Shown here piece after piece: positions 25,992 to 33,606 of a DNA stretch of 47,544 bases. The position numbers were made by a program, and so were the translations under genes. Below the pieces are notes generated by a model that saw nothing but the letters and a program-made list of their open reading frames with translations, did no database searches and had not been told where the DNA came from. This stretch comes from Eubacteriales bacterium (GTDB taxonomy: Bacteria; Bacillota; Clostridia; Oscillospirales; CAG-272): assembly GCA_045534875.1 (NCBI GenBank), contig JAZSKO010000049.1:1-47544 (forward strand), read 5' to 3'. The number at the start of each line of letters is the position of its first letter. Position 1 is the stretch's first letter.

Positions 25992-26020
25992 GCATATTTG
26001 GTCTTTCTCCTTCATAGGAT
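25992..26020 (+). promoter_or_regulatory. Mother-cell (sigma-E-type) promoter candidate for spoIIP
   Basis: GCATATT (25992-25998), 14 nt, CATAGGAT (26013-26020), compared with the B. subtilis sigma-E consensus ZHATAXX-14-CATACAHT (7/7 and 6/8). Confidence 0.4.
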
Positions 26021-26045
26021 AGAAGAAAAAAGGAGATGAAAGCCT

Positions 26046-27107
26046 ATGAAGACCGAGCAGGGACAGATCATGCCACCCACGCCACCCATCGTCCTGTCCA
26101 AGGGATTGAATCGAAGGGCAGGGCGTTTCTTGGCCCTTTTGGTCACGCTCTCCCTCTTGGTGGCGACCGTGTCGATCCTCTTTCTTTTCATGGACGACGA
26201 AAGCGCAATCGCCCAACGCATCGAGGCGTTTTGGAGAGGGGACAAGAACACAAACACCCAACCCACACCACCAGTCACCGATATGCCCGCCGAGCCTCCG
26301 CCAACCGAGAGCGCGATCCCCGAGGATGCCACGCGCATCGTCTCCAAGGATCTTTCCGCCCTCGCCAACGGGATGGATTTTATCCACAACGAAACGCTCT
26401 ACCGCCCCGACCTGCAAGCCTTGAAGCAGGCTTGGAGGGGCGAGGCGACGATCCCATCCGCGCAGGATGGCCCTCTCGTTCTGATCCTGCACACCCATGC
26501 GTCGGAGGCCTATCTCGATAGCGAGACGGCGTACCTCACGGGCGTGATCGGGGATCAGGTCTATTCGACCGATCCCCAAAGGACCGTGGTGGCGGTCGGG
26601 AAGTCTCTGTGCGACGCGCTCAATAAGCGAGGGATTCCCACGGTGCATTGCCCCTCGCTCCACGGAGAGGAGGGAACGCTCCGAAACGCTTACACCTGCG
26701 CCAAGGGTTGCATCGAGAACTACTTGGAAAAATATCCCACGATCCGCTATGTCATCGACCTGCATCGCGACAGCATTCTGACAACAGACGGAGACTATGT
26801 CCGAACATCCTCCGAGAGCGGACGGGCGCAGGTGATGGCTGTGGTGGGAACGGACGGGAATGGAACGGCTTGCCCACAGTGGCAGAATAATCTCGCCCTC
26901 GCATTGGCATTACGGGAGCGACTGCTTGCCACCGAGACCGCCCTCTGCCGCCCTGTCTCGCTCCGCAATGCTTCCTATAACCAAGAGCTCGCGCCTCATT
27001 CTCTTTTGCTCGAAATCGGATCGGGAGGGAACACGCTCCAACAGGCGTTGGACGTCGTCGATCCGCTGGCCGACGCGCTGACAGAGCTTTTGCGAGAAGG
27101 GGCGTAA
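26046..27107 (+). CDS. spoIIP: Stage II sporulation protein P (engulfment amidase/endopeptidase)
   Basis: N-terminal TM segment. Blocks LVLILHTHASEAY, VIDLHRDS, RNASYNQELAPHSLLLEIG. Confidence 0.85.
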   Translation: MKTEQGQIMPPTPPIVLSKGLNRRAGRFLALLVTLSLLVATVSILFLFMDDESAIAQRIEAFWRGDKNTNTQPTPPVTDMPAEPPPTESAIPEDATRIVSKDLSALANGMDFIHNETLYRPDLQALKQAWRGEATIPSAQDGPLVLILHTHASEAYLDSETAYLTGVIGDQVYSTDPQRTVVAVGKSLCDALNKRGIPTVHCPSLHGEEGTLRNAYTCAKGCIENYLEKYPTIRYVIDLHRDSILTTDGDYVRTSSESGRAQVMAVVGTDGNGTACPQWQNNLALALALRERLLATETALCRPVSLRNASYNQELAPHSLLLEIGSGGNTLQQALDVVDPLADALTELLREGA

Positions 27108-27118
27108 ACGACGAAAAA

Positions 27119-27149
27119 AGAGACTTGACGATTCGTCAAGTCTCTTTTT
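27119..27149. terminator. Bidirectional rho-independent terminator (spoIIP / 113-aa gene)
   Basis: AGAGACTTGAC (27119-27129) / GTCAAGTCTCT (27135-27145), flanked by an A-run upstream and a T-run downstream. Confidence 0.8.
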
Positions 27150-27213
27150 ATATTAGAAGCAGGGCAGGCGCGGCGTTCCCTTTGTCCGCGTCGCACGCCT
27201 CGGTTTGTATGGA

Positions 27214-27555
27214 TCACGCCTTCTTCTGCTTGCGAGGACGGATGCAAAGATACTGCACCAGAAGAAGCGAAGCACTCAAAGCGATCCCTGCGGGAAGGGA
27301 GATGCGACCGATCTCCATCGCGCCAACCGCGCCGATCGTGCCGATCAGAGAAAGGGTGAAGCATGCCACGCGAGCAACACGTCTTGCCGTCTCTCCGGTG
27401 AGGATGCGAAGGATCGCCAAGAGGCGTCCAAGGACGCGATCAAGGCGCATTTGACCGCGCAGAGCAGGCTCTGCGATCTCGGCGTAAAAGGCGTCGTAAA
27501 TTCCTCTCTTGGAATCAAATTTCGAATTTTCAGTATAAGAACGGTTCATATTCAT
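27214..27555 (-). CDS. Small (113-aa) membrane protein, unknown function, divergent from the XRE/S24 repressor
   Basis: Hydrophilic N-terminus, 2-3 hydrophobic segments (LGRLLAILRIL, VACFTLSLIGTIGAVGAMEIG, LPAGIALSASLLLVQYLCI) and a basic C-terminus RPRKQKKA. It has its own promoter and terminator. Confidence 0.6.
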   Translation of the reverse strand: MNMNRSYTENSKFDSKRGIYDAFYAEIAEPALRGQMRLDRVLGRLLAILRILTGETARRVARVACFTLSLIGTIGAVGAMEIGRISLPAGIALSASLLLVQYLCIRPRKQKKA

Positions 27556-27592
27556 ACCTCAAAATATCAAAAATGGAACTGTTTACGCTGTT

Positions 27593-27621
27593 AGTATACC
27601 ACAAGAGAGGGCGTTTGTCAA
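27593..27621 (-). promoter_or_regulatory. sigma-A promoter for the 113-aa membrane protein gene
   Basis: Minus strand: TTGACA (27621-27616), 17 nt, TATACT (27598-27593). Confidence 0.55.
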
Positions 27622-27661
27622 TAGGTTTTTTCCAAAAAAAGAAAAAAATTTTCAAAAAGAC

Positions 27662-27690
27662 TTTACAAACTCCCAAATGTGTGATATAAT
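27662..27690 (+). promoter_or_regulatory. sigma-A promoter for the XRE/S24 repressor gene
   Basis: TTTACA (27662-27667), 17 nt, TATAAT (27685-27690), with extended -10 TGa. A short inverted repeat GATA-N6-TATC overlaps the -10. Confidence 0.6.
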
Positions 27691-27720
27691 ACTATCGTAA
27701 TCGGAAAAAGGAGGTTGCGA

Positions 27721-28533
27721 ATGGAAACCTACATTGATCGAATCAAAAAGAAAAAGAGTGAAAAACGGTTAACGAACGAGCAGCTTGCCGAGCGATCGGG
27801 GATCCCTCTGGGAACGCTGAGCAAGGTTCTGGCAGGCATGAGCGATTCGCCCAAGCTCTCCACGGTGATCGCCATTTGCAACGCCTTGGATTGCTCGGTG
27901 GAGTACATCGCCACCGGCACGCCGGAGAATACGAATAACTATACCCTCACGCAGGAGGAGATCGCCTTCGTGGAGGCTTGGCGCGAGCTCGACCGTTGGG
28001 GAAGGGAGACCACCGAGGCGGTCATGGCAAAGGAGACCGAGCGCGTGCAGGCAAGCCGCGAGGTAGCGGATACAGAGGAAGCCGCGCCCTCCGAAAAGCG
28101 TGCCGCGCGCATTCTGCGCCCGATCTCCACATCGGGACGCTATGCAGGAGAAGCCACCAAGGGCAAGCGCTCTCTGTCGCTCTTTGATCTTCCCGTCTCC
28201 GCAGGAGTGGGCGTCTATTTGGATGAATCCACCGCAGAGACCATCACGGTTCCCGTCATGGAGAAGACCGAGGAGGCCGACTACGCGCTTCGCATCAGCG
28301 GAAACAGCATGGAGCCGAAGTACCACAACGGCGACGTGCTTTTGGTGCAAGCCACCGATACCGTTGAGGTGGGCGAGGCAGGAATCTTTTTCTTGGACGG
28401 AAGCGGATTCTTCAAGATCTTCGCAGGAGATCGCCTGCTTTCCCTCAATCCCGAGTACGGCCCGATCCTGCTCAAGGATTTTGCCGACGTGCAATGCAAG
28501 GGTCGCGTGGTTGGAAAGCTGAGAAGAAAATAA
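27721..28533 (+). CDS. XRE-family HTH repressor fused to an S24 (LexA/CI-type) self-cleaving peptidase domain (HdiR/CI-like)
   Basis: ATG 27721 follows AAAAGGAGG. HTH LTNEQLAERSGIPLGTLSKVLAG. Candidate Ala-Gly cleavage site in PVSAGVGVY. Ser motif GNSMEP and a downstream Lys in GRVVGKL. Confidence 0.8.
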   Translation: METYIDRIKKKKSEKRLTNEQLAERSGIPLGTLSKVLAGMSDSPKLSTVIAICNALDCSVEYIATGTPENTNNYTLTQEEIAFVEAWRELDRWGRETTEAVMAKETERVQASREVADTEEAAPSEKRAARILRPISTSGRYAGEATKGKRSLSLFDLPVSAGVGVYLDESTAETITVPVMEKTEEADYALRISGNSMEPKYHNGDVLLVQATDTVEVGEAGIFFLDGSGFFKIFAGDRLLSLNPEYGPILLKDFADVQCKGRVVGKLRRK

Positions 28534-28544
28534 GGAAAGAAAAA

Positions 28545-28573
28545 AGCCCGTGCTACCAAGGGTAGCACGGGCT
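28545..28573. terminator. Bidirectional terminator (repressor gene / permease gene)
   Basis: AGCCCGTGCTACC (28545-28557), loop AAG, GGTAGCACGGGCT (28561-28573), with A-rich and T-rich flanks. Confidence 0.8.
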
Positions 28574-28582
28574 TTTGCTGTT

Positions 28583-29749
28583 TTATCGAACGAAATGAGC
28601 GAAGATCAGTAACACACCGAGAAACGCGAAGTTATAGGCCGAGAAGCGAGAGATGTAGTAGCCGGTCTTCCCGGGATTGTGCGCGGTGTACTCCCGAAAG
28701 GTGATCAGGCTCGCCAAGGAGGCGATCAGTGTTCCCGCGCCGCCAATGTTCACACCAAGCAACAGACTGCGGTAGTCCGAGGTAAAGTGGGAAAGAAGGA
28801 TCGCGGAGGGGACGTTGCTGATGCATTGGCAGGAGAGCGCGCTGACGGTCAGCGTGTCAAGCTGTAAAAGCGAGGAGAACAGCGAGCGAACCTCGGGGAT
28901 GCGCGCCATGTTTCCGGCAAAAATGAAGAAGCAAACAAAGGTAAGCAGGAGCGGATAATCCACCGAGCGAAGCGCCCGACGGTCGGCAAAGAGCAGAACC
29001 AAGGGGATCAAGACGAGCGCCACCTGATAGGGGATCACGCGGAAGACGCTCACGATGGAAAGCGCGAACAACAACAGATAGAGGATCGTGCGTCCGATCG
29101 GTAAGTGGTCGTCCTCCGGCTCGGTCAGGGAGATGGACGCCTTGGGGAAGAACAGACAGCAGACCGTGATCATCAGGATCGAGAGAAGGAACGAGGGGAG
29201 CATGATCCGAAGGAACTCTCCCGTGGGGATGGAAAAAAAGGAATAAAGGTAGAGATTTTGCGGATTGCCGAACGGCGTCAGCATACCGCCAAGGTTCGCG
29301 GCGATGTTTTGCAGGATAAAGACGTGCGCCATGTAGCGTTGTTGTCCCGTGGAGGAAAGAACGAAGTAGCCGAGCGGCAGGAAGGTGAGAAGCGCCATGT
29401 CGTTGGCGATCAGCATCGAGCCGAGAAAGGTGATGTAGACCAAGGACAAGACCGCCATCCGCAGATTTCCCGTCAGAGAAACGATCTTATGTGCTAAAAC
29501 CGTGAAAAAGCGAATGTTTTTCAAGGCGCAGACCACCGCCAGAACGGTAAAGAGACACGAAAGCGTCTTCCAATCGAAATAGGAGGCGTAGGCGGCGTCG
29601 GGAGGGATGATGCAGGAGGTGATCAGAGCCAAGGAGGCGGCGATCACAAGAACGGCGTTTTTGCCGAGCCACGAAGCCACTTGGTGGAAGATATGAGAGG
29701 GAAACGGGTGTCTTTCATGCAGGGGTGGACGGGCGGCTGTATGATTCAT
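28583..29749 (-). CDS. Polytopic anion/citrate-transporter-like permease (ArsB/NhaD-SLC13 superfamily-like)
   Basis: ATG at 29749 follows AAGGAGG. ~10 predicted TM segments. GNPQNLY-type motif (LTPFGNPQNLYLYSF). The substrate was not inferred. Confidence 0.5.
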   Translation of the reverse strand: MNHTAARPPLHERHPFPSHIFHQVASWLGKNAVLVIAASLALITSCIIPPDAAYASYFDWKTLSCLFTVLAVVCALKNIRFFTVLAHKIVSLTGNLRMAVLSLVYITFLGSMLIANDMALLTFLPLGYFVLSSTGQQRYMAHVFILQNIAANLGGMLTPFGNPQNLYLYSFFSIPTGEFLRIMLPSFLLSILMITVCCLFFPKASISLTEPEDDHLPIGRTILYLLLFALSIVSVFRVIPYQVALVLIPLVLLFADRRALRSVDYPLLLTFVCFFIFAGNMARIPEVRSLFSSLLQLDTLTVSALSCQCISNVPSAILLSHFTSDYRSLLLGVNIGGAGTLIASLASLITFREYTAHNPGKTGYYISRFSAYNFAFLGVLLIFAHFVR

Positions 29750-29880
29750 GGAAGGCCTCCTTTCTGTAAAGCTCGACACGAACCTACCTATTATACAACC
29801 GCGCCACCCAAAAGTCAATAGAAAACCGCAAAAAAAGAGAAAAAGCCGCCTGCTTTGAAAGGGAAGCAGGCGGCAAGGCG

Positions 29881-32800
29881 TTATAGAAAGCGGGATTCGT
29901 CCACGGGGATGGGAATGGCGCGACCGAGCGGCAGAGAGTAGAGATAGATGGCGTCGGGCGCTTTTCCATAGAGCTTTTTCACTGCCAAGGCATAGCAGGC
30001 GAGCTGGTCTCCGTGGGCTTGCGTCATCCGCGTGATCAGCCTTTCCTCGGATGCGCGTTCGGCGTCGGGAATGTGATCGGTTTTGTAGTCTACTAAAAGC
30101 AGACGACCGTCGGCGGTTCGCAAAAGCAGGTCGATCGAGCCCTGCACGAACACACTCTGTCCGTCCAAGATCGGATCTTGCTCGGTGGACGTGGTGAGCG
30201 TGCGGAGAGGAAGGAGAAGCTGGAAGGTCTGCTCGCGGCGGATCTCGGATGCGGAGCGGATCATATCCATGAGATTACTGGTCAAAAGCCGCTCCAAATG
30301 GTCGCGATTGATCATGGAAGCCGTTTCGGGAGAGAGAAATTCCTCTTTGACCAGCCGCGAAAGCTCCTCGTCGATCCCACGGTCGGGAAGGGCGAGAAGA
30401 TCGCAAAACTCCAAGAAGGCGTGGGTCGCGGTTCCAATCTCGGCGGCACTCGGCTGACGCTTGGCCGCCAAAAGACGGTCAAAGCTCGGCGTTGCGCCCT
30501 CCATCAGTTCGATCTGCGCCGAAAGCGCGGCATCCTCCAGGGAATCGTTCAAGCGATCCAACAGATCGGGGCGGAGCTTGGAGGCCGCCGCCTTGGTGGG
30601 GATTCCTTGAAGTGCCTCCAAAGGATAGACAAAAGTGCTTTGACGATCCAAGATCGCTTGGTAGCGGTCGCCGCTTTTTACCGTCTCCGAGGAGGGATCT
30701 CCACTCGCGGGATCGGTTTCCCTTGGCGTGTCCTCGATGGGGGCATCCAACGGGTCGGAAAGCGAAATATGGCGGAAAATGCAAGGAAATTCGCTCGTTT
30801 TTGCGTCTTTTTCCAAAAGAGCCGCCAAGATCCAACGCAAATACGTGCCGCCGTTCAGAATGGAATGACGCGAGCCGCGTCGCAACAGACGGGCAGAATC
30901 CATGGCGGAATCCAGATTGCCGCGCGGCGTTCCTGTTACGTAAAGTCTCTCGCGAGCGCGTGTGAGGGCCACGTACAGCGTGCGGATCGCCTCCTCGGTC
31001 TCCTCCATCTTCTTTTGCTCCTTCACGATCTCATACAGGATCGTGGAGCGGTTTTCGTGAAGAGCGGGATCGTAGAGCTTGGCGGCGCAACCGGAGGGAC
31101 GATGGAACAGGAAGGGCGGGCTTTTTTTGTTGCCTTTCAGATCCGAGCCACAAGCCCCCAGAAAGACGACGGGATATTCCAGACCCTTGGAGGCGTGAAT
31201 GGTCATCACCGTGACCGCCTCCTCGGCCTTTCTGAATCCGCCGCAGGAAAGCTCGTCCCGATCCATCTTTTTCTGAATATGATCCAAAAAGCCGTAAAGA
31301 CCGCACCAAGAGGAGCGTTGATAGATCCGCGCCTGCTCATAAAGCATCCGACAAACCGGCTCGGAGGCATCCTTTGCGAACAGGGGATCGAGATAGAGAC
31401 GCCGCAAAAAGCGATCGGCAGGCTGTGCCGACGCCTCGCGCCGACGCGCCTCCAACCAATCCACAAAGGTCCTCGCTTTTTCCGATAGCGGATGCTCGGA
31501 GGATGCAGTGACGGTCAAGGCGTCGTAGAGCGAATGGCGGTCATCGTCGTTCTCTCGTATAGCGGTCACCTCATCCAAGGAAAAGCCGCCGCGCTCCGAC
31601 AGCAAAAACTCGGAGAGGGGAAGGTCGCGGTGTGGGTTGTCGATCACCCGAAGCAGATTGAGCAGATCGGAAAAGAGAGGGGTGTGCAAAAGCTCGTCAT
31701 CGTCCTTGGAAACGCAGGGGATTCCCCTCTCGGTGAGCGCCTTAAAAAAGGTCTCGCCTTGGGCGGCGGTACGCGCTAAGATCGCAATATGAGAGGGACG
31801 GACCGGGGTTCCGTCATTCAATACCTCGTTTTGGAGCAGACGCGCGATCTCGTTTGCCACCCAGATCGCCTCGCGGTTTGGCTTTTCCTCGGATTCCTCG
31901 GAGGGCGGATCCTTCTTGTTGCGTCGTTTTATCGGATACGGCTGAAACACTACCGTTTGCACCTCCACGGGGGGATGCACGGGCGGCTCGTCGTATTTCT
32001 TGGAGAATTTCAGATCATCCTGTGGTCGATAATCAACCGTTTCCTTACAGGCAGAAAAGAGGAACGAGCAGATGTGGTTGGCAAAGTCGATCACGGGAGA
32101 ATCGCATCGGAAATTCTCGGACATAAACACGCAAACGCCCTTGTCATCGGAAGCCGAGGACTCTGTGTGGAGAGGGAAGGCCTGACGGTAGGAGGAGAAG
32201 ATCGAGGGCTCGCTCCCGCGGAAGCCGTAGATGCTCTGCTTGATGTCTCCCACCATAAACCGCCGATCCTGTCCGATCAGCGAAAAGATGCGGTCTTGGA
32301 TGTAGTCTACGTCCTGATATTCGTCAATGTAGACCTCTTTAAATTGTGCCGAAAGCGCGTCAGCCAAGGGGGAGGGAGAGCCGTCGGGACGGATGAGCAG
32401 ACGGTAGAGCTGCTCGCGCACATCGTCAAATTCCACCAATCCGCGCTTGCATTTTTCCTCCCATGAGCGGCGACGGTACTCGCTGAAAACCTGATAGAGC
32501 GTCTCCAAGAGCGAGGCCGTGGTGAGAAGCTGATGGCGAACCTCCACGGGGCTTGCCGAGAGGACATCTTCTTTCAGTTTTTCCACGTCCTCGATGAGCG
32601 CCTTGCGTACTTCGTGGTAGGTCTCCATGACGGCAGGCTTGTTTTTCATGCGGGGAAAGTCCGACTTTTGGAAGGTAAAGACGATCTTGCGAACCTCGTC
32701 GTAGGATTCGGTCTGCAAGGCTTGCAGGACCGATTGACAAAAGGAGGTCTCGGATTCGCAAAGACCCGAAAAGTAGGCGGCGGCATCGTCATCCATGAGC

Positions 32801-33591
32801 AGATACTCACCAAAGCCTCTCAATTCGGTGTGATAGTAGGTAAACAGATCGGTCAGCCACGCAGTGAGACGGTGACCGGGACGGGAATGCATAAATTCGC
32901 CGTCGGCATACTCGCGGTAATGCGCGGCGGTTTGTTGTAACAGCTCCAAGCCCTCTGGATAGGCCAAAAAGCGCGACGCGATGAGCACAAGCTGTTCATC
33001 CAAGGAGGCGTCCGAGCGGTTGGAGAGCAAATGATCCATCGTTCGGGCAAAGGTGTTTCCGTTCAGGGGAGAGAAGACCGAGGTGGCGTCTTGCGGACGC
33101 TCGTTCTCATAGAAATCGCGGATCACGCTGTCCATGATCTGCAAATTCAGGGGCATGATCTCTCCGGCATCCGCCAAGCGAAAGCCTGCGGGAAGCCCCG
33201 TTTGCTCAAAGCATTGGCGCAGAGCCTGTCCGAAAAAGGAATCAATGGTGGAGATCTGCGCGCCGCCCAACAGAAAGAGTTGCTTTTGCAGATGCGGATC
33301 ATCGGGATTCTTGGCAAGCTCCTTGGAAAGAGCCTTGGAGATCTTTGCTTTGAGGTCGGCGGCGGCCGATCGGGTAAAGGTCACGACCAGAAGGTCGGAG
33401 AGTGATGCCGGATTTTCCTTTGCGGTGAGCGAGCGAATGATGCGCTCGGTGAGCACGCTGGTTTTGCCCGAGCCTGCGGCGGCGGAGACCAGAATGGTTT
33501 TTCCGCGCAGCGTCATGGCGCTTTCCTGCGAATCGGTCCATTTTGTTTTTTTCTCGACCGCAACGGCCTGCTTTGTATCAACTTCCATCAT
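29881..33591 (-). CDS. addA: ATP-dependent helicase/nuclease AddA (UvrD-type helicase + PD-(D/E)XK nuclease)
   Basis: Walker A VSAAAGSGKTS, DEYQD box (YIDEYQDV) and a C-terminal nuclease GSIDLL...DYKTD. ATG 33591 lies ~7 nt after GGGAGGTG; the track GTG at 33600 abuts the RBS. Confidence 0.9.
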   Translation of the reverse strand: MMEVDTKQAVAVEKKTKWTDSQESAMTLRGKTILVSAAAGSGKTSVLTERIIRSLTAKENPASLSDLLVVTFTRSAAADLKAKISKALSKELAKNPDDPHLQKQLFLLGGAQISTIDSFFGQALRQCFEQTGLPAGFRLADAGEIMPLNLQIMDSVIRDFYENERPQDATSVFSPLNGNTFARTMDHLLSNRSDASLDEQLVLIASRFLAYPEGLELLQQTAAHYREYADGEFMHSRPGHRLTAWLTDLFTYYHTELRGFGEYLLMDDDAAAYFSGLCESETSFCQSVLQALQTESYDEVRKIVFTFQKSDFPRMKNKPAVMETYHEVRKALIEDVEKLKEDVLSASPVEVRHQLLTTASLLETLYQVFSEYRRRSWEEKCKRGLVEFDDVREQLYRLLIRPDGSPSPLADALSAQFKEVYIDEYQDVDYIQDRIFSLIGQDRRFMVGDIKQSIYGFRGSEPSIFSSYRQAFPLHTESSASDDKGVCVFMSENFRCDSPVIDFANHICSFLFSACKETVDYRPQDDLKFSKKYDEPPVHPPVEVQTVVFQPYPIKRRNKKDPPSEESEEKPNREAIWVANEIARLLQNEVLNDGTPVRPSHIAILARTAAQGETFFKALTERGIPCVSKDDDELLHTPLFSDLLNLLRVIDNPHRDLPLSEFLLSERGGFSLDEVTAIRENDDDRHSLYDALTVTASSEHPLSEKARTFVDWLEARRREASAQPADRFLRRLYLDPLFAKDASEPVCRMLYEQARIYQRSSWCGLYGFLDHIQKKMDRDELSCGGFRKAEEAVTVMTIHASKGLEYPVVFLGACGSDLKGNKKSPPFLFHRPSGCAAKLYDPALHENRSTILYEIVKEQKKMEETEEAIRTLYVALTRARERLYVTGTPRGNLDSAMDSARLLRRGSRHSILNGGTYLRWILAALLEKDAKTSEFPCIFRHISLSDPLDAPIEDTPRETDPASGDPSSETVKSGDRYQAILDRQSTFVYPLEALQGIPTKAAASKLRPDLLDRLNDSLEDAALSAQIELMEGATPSFDRLLAAKRQPSAAEIGTATHAFLEFCDLLALPDRGIDEELSRLVKEEFLSPETASMINRDHLERLLTSNLMDMIRSASEIRREQTFQLLLPLRTLTTSTEQDPILDGQSVFVQGSIDLLLRTADGRLLLVDYKTDHIPDAERASEERLITRMTQAHGDQLACYALAVKKLYGKAPDAIYLYSLPLGRAIPIPVDESRFL

Positions 33592-33606
33592 GCATATCAC
33601 CTCCCG

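Noticed and set aside
24090-26765. 891-aa minus-strand ORF spanning paralog C, the terminator and part of spoIIP. Similar long antisense ORFs lie at 20814..22388, 16866..19277, 2786..4033, 3708..4649, 1354..2298, 22609..23502 and 43659..44717.
   Set aside because: All are mirror-frame ORFs opposite well-supported genes. They cross intergenic terminators or promoters and lack start context and recognisable domains.
27556-27720. Firmicute LexA (Cheo) box GAAC-N4-GTTC in the repressor / small-membrane-protein intergenic region.
   Set aside because: Only GAACTGTTTACG (around 27576) was found, and it lacks the GTTC half-site. The regulator also has an XRE HTH rather than the LexA winged helix, so a Cheo box is not expected. 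The TAGTAT/ATACTA 6-mers near both -10 elements are too short to call.
27214-29818. Prophage or ICE remnant, suggested by the CI-like repressor.
   Set aside because: No integrase, excisionase, Cro/antirepressor, or structural or replication genes are adjacent. The flanks are spoIIP on one side and a permease plus addAB on the other, each with its own terminator.
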